Shown piece after piece: positions 1 to 8,584 of a stretch of 64,000 nucleotides of DNA; position 1 is the stretch's first letter; each line of letters starts with the position of its first letter. The notes under the pieces were generated by a model. It searched no databases. It was not told the origin of the DNA and saw nothing but the letters and a program-made list of their open reading frames with translations. Source of the stretch: an uncultured Rhodospirillaceae bacterium (GTDB lineage Bacteria > Pseudomonadota > Alphaproteobacteria > UBA9219); assembly GCA_964626265.1 (NCBI GenBank), contig CAZVCG010000006.1, positions 133 through 64,132 of the forward strand, given 5' to 3'. The position numbers and the translations under genes were made by a program.

Positions 1-53
1 TTATTCTTTGGGAACAGTCCGTTGAAGCCATTAAGAATGTCGAGCGCATCAGC

Positions 54-1025
54 TTGGAAAAAAGCGCATATTTTTCCAATCTTCTAAGAAATGAGTCGGA
101 TGCTGACAGTTATCTAACATCCATGAGTTACTACTTCTTCACGGGAAGAAAGGGATTGTGGATTTATAAAAACGGAGAGTCCTTTATTCCGTTTTGTTGG
201 CATCCCAACGTTCCCGATCAGGTGCTTGTATTCCCGCAACGAGGAAGAAGCTGCCCAGGCTTACTGGATGAGTTTCTTTCCAAAGTACCGATGCCTCCAG
301 CCGGAATCTCTTTGGTTCGCGTCAAAGAGAGCATTGATGCAGTCCCTTCGATCAAAGCGATAGGCTCTTTAGGTTCTGTTGTCCTATCCCCTGTCGTTGA
401 GCCTGTGCTGGACTGGAAGTATCCTGTTCGTGTGCTTTCCACAAAAACTGTTTCCGCAATGAATGGCCCTGAATTTCGCTACATTCGGAATCGCGTTAAG
501 CAGATAGAACGGGCCGATGGAAAAATCGCTGCTATGAAGGATGTTCCGGTTCTTTTTCTGGAAGAATTTATTCGTAGATGGGCTGGCTCCAACACGGAGT
601 TTTACACCGAAGAAGATGAGATGTTCTCACTCTATCAAAAGATTATTTCCTTCCGAGACAAAGCGGAGCTTGGCGTTGATGGTTTTGTCGTCTTTATAAA
701 CGGAGAAATAGAGGCCTTGACTATGTGGGATACCTCTAACGCGGGCACCCCTATTGCAAACCGTTTTGTCAATCTGTGCGATACAACGTATGGCGGCCTT
801 GCAGATTTTTGCACGGTATCTCTTGCTAGAAAGCTTGGAGCGCAAGGCATCGAATATCTGAATATCGGTGGCGCGGAGACGGAAAGCTTGGACCAGTTCA
901 AGAGAAAGTTTCAGCCTGCCTATAGCCTCAAGCTTCACTCTGTAGAAGTGAAAACAAAAACAACGAATGGCTTGTCTTTCAGACCCTATAGTTCTCTCAA
1001 TGCGGAGGCGGCATCTTATGCTTAA
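54..1025 (+). CDS. DUF2156/LPG_synthase_C-like (GNAT-fold) protein; the frame is open to the window edge, so the 5' end may lie upstream
   Basis: The 323-aa ORF ends in ...LNIGGAETESLDQFKRKFQP, which resembles the conserved C-terminal FK.KF.P signature of DUF2156 / MprF C-domain proteins. There is no stop codon upstream in frame back to position 3. Confidence 0.35.
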   Translation: MEKSAYFSNLLRNESDADSYLTSMSYYFFTGRKGLWIYKNGESFIPFCWHPNVPDQVLVFPQRGRSCPGLLDEFLSKVPMPPAGISLVRVKESIDAVPSIKAIGSLGSVVLSPVVEPVLDWKYPVRVLSTKTVSAMNGPEFRYIRNRVKQIERADGKIAAMKDVPVLFLEEFIRRWAGSNTEFYTEEDEMFSLYQKIISFRDKAELGVDGFVVFINGEIEALTMWDTSNAGTPIANRFVNLCDTTYGGLADFCTVSLARKLGAQGIEYLNIGGAETESLDQFKRKFQPAYSLKLHSVEVKTKTTNGLSFRPYSSLNAEAASYA

Positions 1026-1443
1026 GCTCAACGAAATTCATTCGATTAAAGTTGGCGACAAAGAAGTCCTTGGAAAATTGATCGGGATAGATTCCTACTT
1101 AATGGACGCTTTCGATGGCAAGCGCCATAAATGGAAAAGCTATACCTTTGTTTCCGATGCGAAAGGCGTTTTTGCGCGTTACTGGGTCACGGAGAGGAAA
1201 ACAGGTTGGTTTCTTTCAACGGCTTCAAAACGCAAAACCCCGCCCAAGAATGCTAAGGTTGTGAATGAGCGAAGCGGGATTGTTCAAATTGATTTTGAAG
1301 GAGAAAAAGGCGTTTCAACGCCATCGGCAGCTTTATTGGCGTATCAAACCGGAAAAAACCTTTTCTTCACCATCGAACGCTTCCTTGATTCAGAGATCAT
1401 GTTTTTTGACGGGCAAAAGCCCAAGGCTATGAAAATGCCGTGA
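1018..1443 (+). CDS. hypothetical protein, translationally coupled to the upstream ORF
   Basis: Its ATG at 1018 overlaps the upstream TAA (ATGCTTAA). The 141-aa product has no recognised domain. Confidence 0.45.
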   Translation: MLKLNEIHSIKVGDKEVLGKLIGIDSYLMDAFDGKRHKWKSYTFVSDAKGVFARYWVTERKTGWFLSTASKRKTPPKNAKVVNERSGIVQIDFEGEKGVSTPSAALLAYQTGKNLFFTIERFLDSEIMFFDGQKPKAMKMP

Positions 1444-1692
1444 TGTTTATGGTTGTCGGCCCTTATTGACGCAGACTATTTCGCCCCTTGTGTCCTTTGT
1501 CCATTCAATCCCCCATCAACGACAAGGGGCACCCTCATGATTAGAAAGGCTTATTTCTGGCAGATTCCCTGAAGCCAGTACGATTTTTATTGCTTTCGCC
1601 CCGATACGTTGGCATATTACCAACATTGTTGCCCGATGGGCTGTGGCGTCATTGAGGAGGAGCCTCTTCGCTGGAGAGGTCTGGTTTTGTTT

Positions 1693-1953
1693 ATGAGTTT
1701 TCAGGACGACTTGCTCCAGAAGGGCGTAACGGGACAAAAAGCCCACTATGCGGCGCAAGGATACCTCGAATTACTCCACGAACAACTGACCCTTGCCTCG
1801 GACGAGGCAGAACTTATCGTCGTTCTTTACACAGCGGGCCGGACGGATGAAATGAAGACTGCTCTTCAGGGGATGGGGCGGCGACTTGCCGATGCCGTCC
1901 AATCATACCAATCGGCTTCTTTGTTGATAGGAAAAGATGAGGATGCTGACTAG
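1693..1953 (+). CDS. hypothetical small protein
   Basis: An ORF of about 86 aa starting at an internal ATG, immediately upstream of the divergent repressor gene. Confidence 0.25.
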   Translation: MSFQDDLLQKGVTGQKAHYAAQGYLELLHEQLTLASDEAELIVVLYTAGRTDEMKTALQGMGRRLADAVQSYQSASLLIGKDEDAD

Positions 1954-1968
1954 ATCGGGTCGCTTTGA

Positions 1969-2385
1969 TTAAGCGGCCCCTTTTTGTTTTTGGGTCGTCC
2001 TCACGATGGAAAAAGCCAGCTCTTTCGTCTGCTCAACGCTTAAGTTGTGGCGGACGGTATCGTTGTAGATAAACGAAATCCACGAAGCCAGTTCCTTCGG
2101 GCCAAGAGTCACGCCCACATCTTCGCAAGCGTCATAGACGAAGCCTATCACGGAGCCTAAGAGCGCCTGGTCGCAGGTCGAAGGTAGGCCGAGGTCAATA
2201 TCGACAATTTCGTTTGGGGAGAGGTTCAGAACCTTGCTGAACTTAAGAAGCCATTCGATGGTGAGCTTTCGTTGGCCATTTATGACGCGGCTTACCTCTG
2301 TGTAATCCTCCCCCATTTCTTTTGCTAAGGGGCGGATTTTGAGGTCTCGCTTTGTAACAAGCTCTTTAAGTCGGTGCTTCATCAT
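1969..2385 (-). CDS. XRE-family helix-turn-helix transcriptional regulator (phage cI-like repressor)
   Basis: N-terminal HTH (LKIRPLAKEMGEDYTEVSRVINGQRKLT). It is divergent from the replication genes, the classic prophage repressor arrangement. Confidence 0.8.
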   Translation of the reverse strand: MMKHRLKELVTKRDLKIRPLAKEMGEDYTEVSRVINGQRKLTIEWLLKFSKVLNLSPNEIVDIDLGLPSTCDQALLGSVIGFVYDACEDVGVTLGPKELASWISFIYNDTVRHNLSVEQTKELAFSIVRTTQKQKGAA

Positions 2386-2556
2386 ACCCTGTCATTCCCG
2401 AAGATTCCTGAGAGAACATTATAGACAATTCTCGGTCTCGTTTCAACGGCCACGTTGCCATAACGCCAACGGTTTAGCAAGGCGGATGCAGACTGTTTTA
2501 CTTTCGTTCTCCATAAACAACACTAATTCCTGAAATTTTGTGAAGATTCTCTCTTG

Positions 2557-2587
2557 CCTAAGTGTTGGCATTATGCCAACACTTAGG
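2557..2587. promoter_or_regulatory. perfect 15+1+15 palindrome CCTAAGTGTTGGCAT-T-ATGCCAACACTTAGG, candidate repressor operator
   Basis: The inverted repeat is seen directly in the sequence. It lies in the divergent intergenic region between the XRE repressor and the primase gene. Confidence 0.5.
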
Positions 2588-2640
2588 GGACAGCGACAAA
2601 CAAAGCCGGACATTCTGTCTAAAATAGCCAGCCCGCTTGA

Positions 2641-3741
2641 ATGGTCGCCCTGATTTCTCTCACTTTTTCGGGTATCACCATGGACGAACGTAGAATAGTT
2701 ACGGACGCGATTGCGTCTGCTTTCAAAGGAAAAGCATCGGTCAAGCGGGTTGAAGCCAATCGCTCAATCCGACTTCAGGATATAGAACAAGCAAACGCGG
2801 CGCACGATCTTGTGGCCCTGGTGGGCGAAAAAGTCCGGCTGGCCCGAAGCGGCGATAAATGGCGCGGCTTTTGTCCCTTCCACGGCGACCAGCGTCTTTC
2901 GACGTTTACCGTCAATCCCAAAACCAACCGTTACGCCTGTTCCGTTTGTGGCGCGGAGGGGGACGCTCTTTCCTGGATCATGGAAACGCAGGGATTGAGT
3001 TTCGCCCAAGTGGTCGCTCTATCGCTCAAAAAACCTCTTATCGATCCCCGCGCCCAGCAAGAGCCCATCGGCGCGGCCCTCAATTACGCCGACCCGCCGC
3101 CCTCCGACGAAGCCATCCGGCAGCACAAGCGCGAGATGGCGGAAAAAATCTGGAGAGAAAGCCAGTCGCCAGCCCACAGCCTTGCCGAACGCTATCTCTA
3201 CACGAGGGGGCTTGTCCTTGACGGCCCTTTACCTGAAAGCATCCGCTTTCACCCGAACCTCTATCACGAACCAAGCCGGATGCAATTTCCGGCAATGGTC
3301 GCTATGGCGCAAACCACAGACGGCGCGTTCGCGGGCGTTCACCGCACCTATCTTGCGCCGAGCGGCATTGACGCGGCCCATGTCGCGCAAGGCAACGTCC
3401 GCCGCATGTTTGGCGAATGTTTCGGCGCGTTCGTCCACATCCAGGAAGGCAATCCCGAAAAGCTCGTCATGACCGAGACGATTGAATCGGCTTTGACGAT
3501 TGCGCGGGCCTGCCCCGACCTGACTGTCTATGCGTCGATGGCCTTGAACAATCTGAAGGCGCGTGTGCCGGAGACCGTCAAAGAACTGATCCTGTGTCCC
3601 GAAGGGAATAACGGAAATCCGCACATGGCCGAGCGCATTTTGGTGGAGGCCGCGCAGGATCATACCCAACGAGGCCATCGCGTGTTCGTTGCCCGTGCGC
3701 CGCAGGGATTGGAGTTTTCCGACCTGCTGCTGGTGGATTAG
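2641..3741 (+). CDS. phage DNA primase (CHC2 zinc finger plus Toprim domain)
   Basis: CHC2 motif GFCPFHGDQRLSTFTVNPKTNRYACSVCGAEGD. A C-terminal Toprim-like motif (VMTETIESALTIA) is present. The true start may be the ATG at 2680, which gives MDERRIV. Confidence 0.85.
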   Translation: MVALISLTFSGITMDERRIVTDAIASAFKGKASVKRVEANRSIRLQDIEQANAAHDLVALVGEKVRLARSGDKWRGFCPFHGDQRLSTFTVNPKTNRYACSVCGAEGDALSWIMETQGLSFAQVVALSLKKPLIDPRAQQEPIGAALNYADPPPSDEAIRQHKREMAEKIWRESQSPAHSLAERYLYTRGLVLDGPLPESIRFHPNLYHEPSRMQFPAMVAMAQTTDGAFAGVHRTYLAPSGIDAAHVAQGNVRRMFGECFGAFVHIQEGNPEKLVMTETIESALTIARACPDLTVYASMALNNLKARVPETVKELILCPEGNNGNPHMAERILVEAAQDHTQRGHRVFVARAPQGLEFSDLLLVD

Positions 3742-3756
3742 TCGAGGTGGGAGCTG

Positions 3757-4011
3757 ATGCACTATCAGCGTCTCCTCTCCTTGTGTTCCCATCTTGATGG
3801 CCATCGTACAGTTCCTTCCAAAATAGACCCCATAGCGAGCGTGCCGCTTGGGGAGGCCAGCGACCTATGCTGCCGCGACTCTTCAGGAAAGGGCCGCATC
3901 AGCGAGGCGTCTTTTCAAAAGATTCGCGCCTTCCGCCAGAAGATGGCGGAATGGGATCGCGATTACGGTGGGTTCGGCTCTGAAATCTCCGAAAGGAGCC
4001 GCCCCAAATGA
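3757..4011 (+). CDS. hypothetical protein
   Basis: Its stop overlaps the next gene's start (ATGA at 4008-4011), which suggests translational coupling. Confidence 0.3.
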   Translation: MHYQRLLSLCSHLDGHRTVPSKIDPIASVPLGEASDLCCRDSSGKGRISEASFQKIRAFRQKMAEWDRDYGGFGSEISERSRPK

Positions 4012-5066
4012 CAATCTCTTATCCGTGGAGCAAGTTCTACTGGAGCGATTGGGAGAATGATCCCGCGCTCCGCGTATGCTCACTCGCTGCCCAGGGCCTC
4101 TGGATGCGGCTCCTGTGCATTGCGGCAAGATCCACCCCGACTGGGTTCATAGTCGTGGCCGGACGACCTTGCTCCTCTACGGACCTCTCTCTTTTGACGG
4201 GGGTTGCCGAACGGGAGGTCGAAAGGCTTCTCGATGAGCTTTCCCAAAACGGTGTGTTTTCCCGCGATGTGAAGGGCCGCATTTTTTGCAGGCGCATGGT
4301 GCGCGACACGCATCTACGAGCCAGATTGCGCAAGAATGGCGCGAAAGGAGGCCAAAGCAGCTACTTGAATCAGAAAGGCATTTTTGCGCGGAACGAGCAA
4401 ACGTCCGAGCAAGGCTCCGAGCAGGAGTCCGAGCCTAAGAAACAAGAGTCAAAAATTCAGAAATTAAAAACCCCCGAAAGCCCCCCTGTGGTTTTTGACG
4501 GTCACGGCGAAGCTGCGTCCGATGCCAAACGGGGCAGGCCCAAAGCCGTTGTCAGCAAGCTTTCATCGGACTGGTCATTGCCCGATGAATGGCGAGACAC
4601 GGCGCTTGAGCGCAATTGGGCAAGCGGGGCGGTCAGCAAACAGGCCATGAAGTTCAAGCAGTATTTTGGCTTTGGCAAAGGCAGCGATATTCGGCGTAGC
4701 GAAAAAGGCTGGCGACAAACATGGCTGAATTGGCTGGATCGAGCGTTGAAGATTGATCCTAACGCGGCAACGTTCGGGCAAGCGGAAAGTCCGGCATTGC
4801 CAGCGAACTATCCGCCCTTGCCGGAACCTGTGCGCCAAAAACTGCAAGGCCATTACGCCTTTAACGAAACCTTCCTTCAACGATGGCTTGCGCCTTGTCT
4901 CATTGACCTTGAGACGGGCCGCATCACCGCGCCGTCGAGCTTTCACGCCGAGTATCTGGAAACCCGTTACGGCGCGGCGCTGGAACATGCGCTGGGCCGC
5001 TCCCTGTCTTTCGCCGTCGGCAAAACGCATCCCGCAAACATACATACAGGAGAAAGCAAGAAATGA
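4008..5066 (+). CDS. DUF1376-family phage protein (replication-module associated)
   Basis: The N-terminus YPWSKFYWSDWENDPALRVCSLAAQGLWMRLLCIAA fits the DUF1376 signature that is common in alphaproteobacterial prophages. Confidence 0.6.
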   Translation: MTISYPWSKFYWSDWENDPALRVCSLAAQGLWMRLLCIAARSTPTGFIVVAGRPCSSTDLSLLTGVAEREVERLLDELSQNGVFSRDVKGRIFCRRMVRDTHLRARLRKNGAKGGQSSYLNQKGIFARNEQTSEQGSEQESEPKKQESKIQKLKTPESPPVVFDGHGEAASDAKRGRPKAVVSKLSSDWSLPDEWRDTALERNWASGAVSKQAMKFKQYFGFGKGSDIRRSEKGWRQTWLNWLDRALKIDPNAATFGQAESPALPANYPPLPEPVRQKLQGHYAFNETFLQRWLAPCLIDLETGRITAPSSFHAEYLETRYGAALEHALGRSLSFAVGKTHPANIHTGESKK

Positions 5067-5162
5067 TGGGAAAACGGCCTTTTTCGGCAAAAAACCTTTC
5101 GTTAATCAACGAAGCGGAAAGGTTGTTTTGCCATAATAATCAGAACACTTGGAAAGTGTGCC

Positions 5163-5669
5163 GTGGGCCACGGGCGGTGGCTCATGGCTAAGAGGCGCAA
5201 GGCGAAGAAATGGATGCCCGTGCGCCTGGGGGAGCGTGCAACAATGGAGCTTCGGGCACAATGCGGCGGTGTGATAACGGAAGTCATAGATCGGGATTTG
5301 CGCGGCAACCCGTATATGATCCGCGACCGTGTGCGCATTGAGTGCGCGTTGGATTATTATTTTTGGGACGGGCGGTTGACACAAGGCGAATATGAGGCGG
5401 GGCTAAAGTTCCGCCGCGCCTATCAACGCGCCGTTCTTGGGCTTAAGGTCGAAGATCCCGCATCGAGCGGAGCCTATGATCCAGAGATGGCCATGCTGAT
5501 TGTGCCAATCAGCGAGGAGATATTGCGCGACGCTTATGGCGAATTGTCAGCAGCGCAAAAGAAAATCATCATCGACGTGTGCGGTCACAACAAATACGCA
5601 GGCACGACGGATCGCGTTGAAACGTTGCATCGCGGCCTCGAAAAACTGGCGACGTTGTGGCGGCTGTAA
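5163..5669 (+). CDS. hypothetical phage protein
   Basis: A 168-aa ORF in the phage early region with no recognised domain. Confidence 0.4.
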   Translation: MGHGRWLMAKRRKAKKWMPVRLGERATMELRAQCGGVITEVIDRDLRGNPYMIRDRVRIECALDYYFWDGRLTQGEYEAGLKFRRAYQRAVLGLKVEDPASSGAYDPEMAMLIVPISEEILRDAYGELSAAQKKIIIDVCGHNKYAGTTDRVETLHRGLEKLATLWRL

Positions 5670-5921
5670 AACTTTTTTGCATCCACCACAAAAAAACTGC
5701 TTGACGATCCCACGTAGAGGCCCTACGACTTAGGTAACGTTGCGAGACGTGGGTAAGGAGCCGCCGAAAGATTTTTCGAGCGGTTTTTTTGTTGGCTTTC
5801 TCATGCCCCCCCCGCGTTCTTTCGCCCTCCTGCAACGTCCTGATCTTCAAGGTACTTCCAGCCCGAAATGCTAAGGGGGCGGGCGTAGCGCGGGACTTCT
5901 CTAGCGACAGAATCAAAAAAG

Positions 5922-5982
5922 GGTGGACACTTTTGACGAAGGTGGACAGGTGGACACCTGTCCTTTTGTCCACGCGTGGACA
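5922..5982. promoter_or_regulatory. array of GTGGACA half-sites including a perfect 16-bp palindrome TGTCCACGCGTGGACA, operator- or parS-like
   Basis: Repeats are seen at 5922-5930, 5944-5963 (GGACAGGTGGACACCTGTCC) and 5967-5982, ending 20 bp upstream of the ParB-like gene start. Confidence 0.4.
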
Positions 5983-6001
5983 GTCGGGAGGACAGCATTT
6001 C

Positions 6002-6631
6002 ATGGACGCAAAACTTCCACGCATGGCTGAACGCATTGAGTTTTGGCCGACAGAAAAGCTGAAGCCTTACGAAAAGAATCCACGCCTTCATAGCGACGAA
6101 CAAATCAGCCAGCTTGCGGCGAGCTTCATTCGCTTCGGCATGGTGATGCCGATCCTCGTTGATAAAGATGCGGGCGTGATCGCTGGGCATGGACGGCTGG
6201 AAGCGGCCAAGCTTGTCGGCCTTGAAAAGATTCCCGTTGTCGTTCTCGACAATCTCACCGACGAAGAAAAACGCGCCTACGTCATTGCCGACAACAAGCT
6301 GGCCGAGAATGCGAGCTGGGATAAGGAGCTTTTGGGCGAACATGTCGAAGTCCTTTTATCCAAGGATTTTGATATGGGCGTGATCGGGTTCTCCAAAGAT
6401 GAATTGGAACAGCTTTTAGCCGAAGCACAAGACGATTTGAGCGACGGCTTCGACGATGATGAGAAAAGCGATGAAATACAGGACGAATCCGACACGCAAT
6501 GCGTCGTCGGCTCCTACCGCATCCCGATCCCCCGCGCCGATTATCTACGTTGGCATGATGCCATCCGCTCGGCGGTGGGCTTTGAGAAAGACTGCATCAA
6601 AAACGAAATCAAGAGACGCCTGAAAATATGA
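6002..6631 (+). CDS. ParB-like nuclease domain protein
   Basis: ParB N-terminal domain motifs (KPYEKNPRLHSDEQISQLAASFIRFGMVMPILVD...IAGHGRLEAAKLVGLEKIPVVV). The ORF track starts at 5789, but the ATG at 6002 (MDAKLP) is the likely start. Confidence 0.8.
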   Translation: MDAKLPRMAERIEFWPTEKLKPYEKNPRLHSDEQISQLAASFIRFGMVMPILVDKDAGVIAGHGRLEAAKLVGLEKIPVVVLDNLTDEEKRAYVIADNKLAENASWDKELLGEHVEVLLSKDFDMGVIGFSKDELEQLLAEAQDDLSDGFDDDEKSDEIQDESDTQCVVGSYRIPIPRADYLRWHDAIRSAVGFEKDCIKNEIKRRLKI

Positions 6632-8130
6632 TAAAGCTCCTTCCGATCAACGCCGTGCGGCCAAGCGCCTATAACCCCCGCAAGGCCGATCCTGTGCGCC
6701 TGAAGGTTATTGAGCTATCGCTTCGCAAGCTGGGCTGGCTTCTCCCCATTTATGCGGATGAAGATGGCGAGATCCTTTCCGGCCACCAACGCCATCTTGT
6801 CGCAACGCGCATGGGAATGAAGCAAGTGCCTGTGGCCTACGTGCCGCGCATGACGCTGGAGGAACGCAAGGCGATCAACATTGCGTTCAATCGCGGCACG
6901 AACGACATGCAAAACTCGGACGCGCCCGACACGCTGAAGCTGGCGCTTGAGGAATGTAACGTTTTCGACATTGCCGCCGCCCTGCCGGATCAAGAAAACA
7001 TTTGCCCCTGCTTAAATGCGGAAAGCGTTTCTCTCGTGCCGTTCCTTGAGGCGAATAAAGGGCGGTGGGTTCCTTACACGCGCAATCTCGCGCAAATGCT
7101 CCGCAAGCGCAGCATCCAAATGCCCGTTGTGGCCACAAGAGATTATAGGATCGTCAATGGTCTTGGCCGTGTCGAACTTGCAGCAGAGCGCGGCGAAAAA
7201 GAAGTTCCTGTTGTTTGGATCACGGAAGCGCAGGCCGCACTTGCAAGCGCCATGCTGAACTTTTTGAGCATGGATTTTGATATTCACACCCGTTACGCCG
7301 ACTTGCTCCGGTATAATTCGTTCCGGCGGGTGCGGCGCGTTCGGGAAACGCTGGGTTGGGGTTTTATCTTCGCGCATTACCGGAAAAGCATCGTCAAAGA
7401 ATATGACGTGACAACGCCGGAGAACGCCAAACAATGGAAGAGCCTCTACGGAACGTCTGTTGTGGACTTTGGCGCGGGGCATTTGACCGAGACCAAAATC
7501 CTGCGTTCCATCGGCGTGCGCGTATCAGCCTTTGAGCCTTTTCGGATCGGGGAAAAAGATGAAATCGACAAGGCCGAAAGCCTGCGCGTGGCGCGGGACT
7601 TTCTCGCGGACGTGGCCGCTGGCATAAAGTACGACTCCGTTTTCATTTCCTCGGTCTTGAACAGCGTCCCGTTCAAAGAGGATCGGGAACATATTGCCTG
7701 TTTGTGCGCCGCGCTATGCGGCCCCAAGACGCGGCTTTATGCAGCGGCTTCGGCGCGGTCTCATGCCAATTGGAAGAACCTTGCCGGATGCAACCAAATA
7801 TCAGAACGCCGCCTGAAAGAATGCCTGTTCCGGCTGGATTATGAAGACGGCGTTTCGCTGGGCGACTTTCAGTCGAAGCCGAAGGTTCAGAAATACCATT
7901 CGCAGAAAGAGTTCTACGAACTGTTCCAGCCTTTCTTCGAGCGGGTACAGGTGGAGGATCGGGCGCACAACGTGACGGCCATTTGTGCGATTCCGAAACC
8001 GATAAGTTCGGCGCAATTAAAAGCAGCTATCGCTTTTGAGTTTGATTTACCGTATCCTGATGGGAGCCGTATGGGGTTGGTCGATGAGGCCGTCGCCGCT
8101 TATGAAAAACGGCTGGGCATGAAGCTATGA
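6628..8130 (+). CDS. fusion protein with two ParB-like N-terminal domains and a C-terminal class-I SAM-dependent methyltransferase-like domain (possibly CmoB-like)
   Basis: Two ParB-like segments (LPINAVRPSAYNPRK...ILSGHQRHLVA and MPVVATRDYRIVNGLGRVELAAERG). The C-terminal region has VVDFGAGHLTETKILRSIGVRVSAFEP (motif I-like) and YDSVFISSVLNSV (post-II-like). No DPPY motif is present. The ATGA overlaps the upstream gene. Confidence 0.65.
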   Translation: MIKLLPINAVRPSAYNPRKADPVRLKVIELSLRKLGWLLPIYADEDGEILSGHQRHLVATRMGMKQVPVAYVPRMTLEERKAINIAFNRGTNDMQNSDAPDTLKLALEECNVFDIAAALPDQENICPCLNAESVSLVPFLEANKGRWVPYTRNLAQMLRKRSIQMPVVATRDYRIVNGLGRVELAAERGEKEVPVVWITEAQAALASAMLNFLSMDFDIHTRYADLLRYNSFRRVRRVRETLGWGFIFAHYRKSIVKEYDVTTPENAKQWKSLYGTSVVDFGAGHLTETKILRSIGVRVSAFEPFRIGEKDEIDKAESLRVARDFLADVAAGIKYDSVFISSVLNSVPFKEDREHIACLCAALCGPKTRLYAAASARSHANWKNLAGCNQISERRLKECLFRLDYEDGVSLGDFQSKPKVQKYHSQKEFYELFQPFFERVQVEDRAHNVTAICAIPKPISSAQLKAAIAFEFDLPYPDGSRMGLVDEAVAAYEKRLGMKL

Positions 8131-8546
8131 TTATTCTTTTAGACCTGAATTACACGCTGGTTTCCAACAGCCAAGAAAAGATCAAACCCTTTGCTCGTCA
8201 AATCGACAATGAACGTTATTCGTCCGATCTTTTGAGCCGCATCAAAGACAGAACCGTTATTTTGATAACGGCGCGGCCCAAACTTCATAAAGACCGAACC
8301 CTTCAAAGCATCCGATACAAGACGGGATGGTTGCCGCAGGACGCTTATTTCAACGAGTGGTTCTTGACGCCTCCGTCCTGCAAAAAGAAAATCCTCGAAA
8401 AATACATCTTCCCCAAATATGGCGCGAACCCTGAAAGCTATGTTGCCATCGAAAGCAACCCTTCGACCCGCGCCATGTACGAAAAGTTTGGCATCGTCGC
8501 CCTGACACGGGACACGGTGCTTGAGACCTTTCGTCCCAAAGATTGA
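8127..8546 (+). CDS. HAD-like fold protein with degenerate motif I (DxN instead of DxD)
   Basis: IILLDLNYTLV (motif I-like), TVILITARP (motif II-like) and VAIESNPSTRA (motif IV-like). It has 4-bp overlaps with both neighbours. Confidence 0.35.
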   Translation: MIILLDLNYTLVSNSQEKIKPFARQIDNERYSSDLLSRIKDRTVILITARPKLHKDRTLQSIRYKTGWLPQDAYFNEWFLTPPSCKKKILEKYIFPKYGANPESYVAIESNPSTRAMYEKFGIVALTRDTVLETFRPKD

Positions 8547-8584
8547 TCCCTAAAACATTGTTGAAAGAAAATGGAGGTTCTGCC

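Noticed and set aside
1483-1535. Possible attL copy (GGGGCACCC resembling the tRNA-Leu 3' end)
   Set aside because: The match is only ~8 bp and in the wrong orientation for a direct att repeat. The left att site is probably outside the window.
8127-8546. Calling the 139-aa protein an active HAD phosphatase
   Set aside because: Motif I is DxN rather than DxD and the other motifs are weak. It is kept as HAD-like only.
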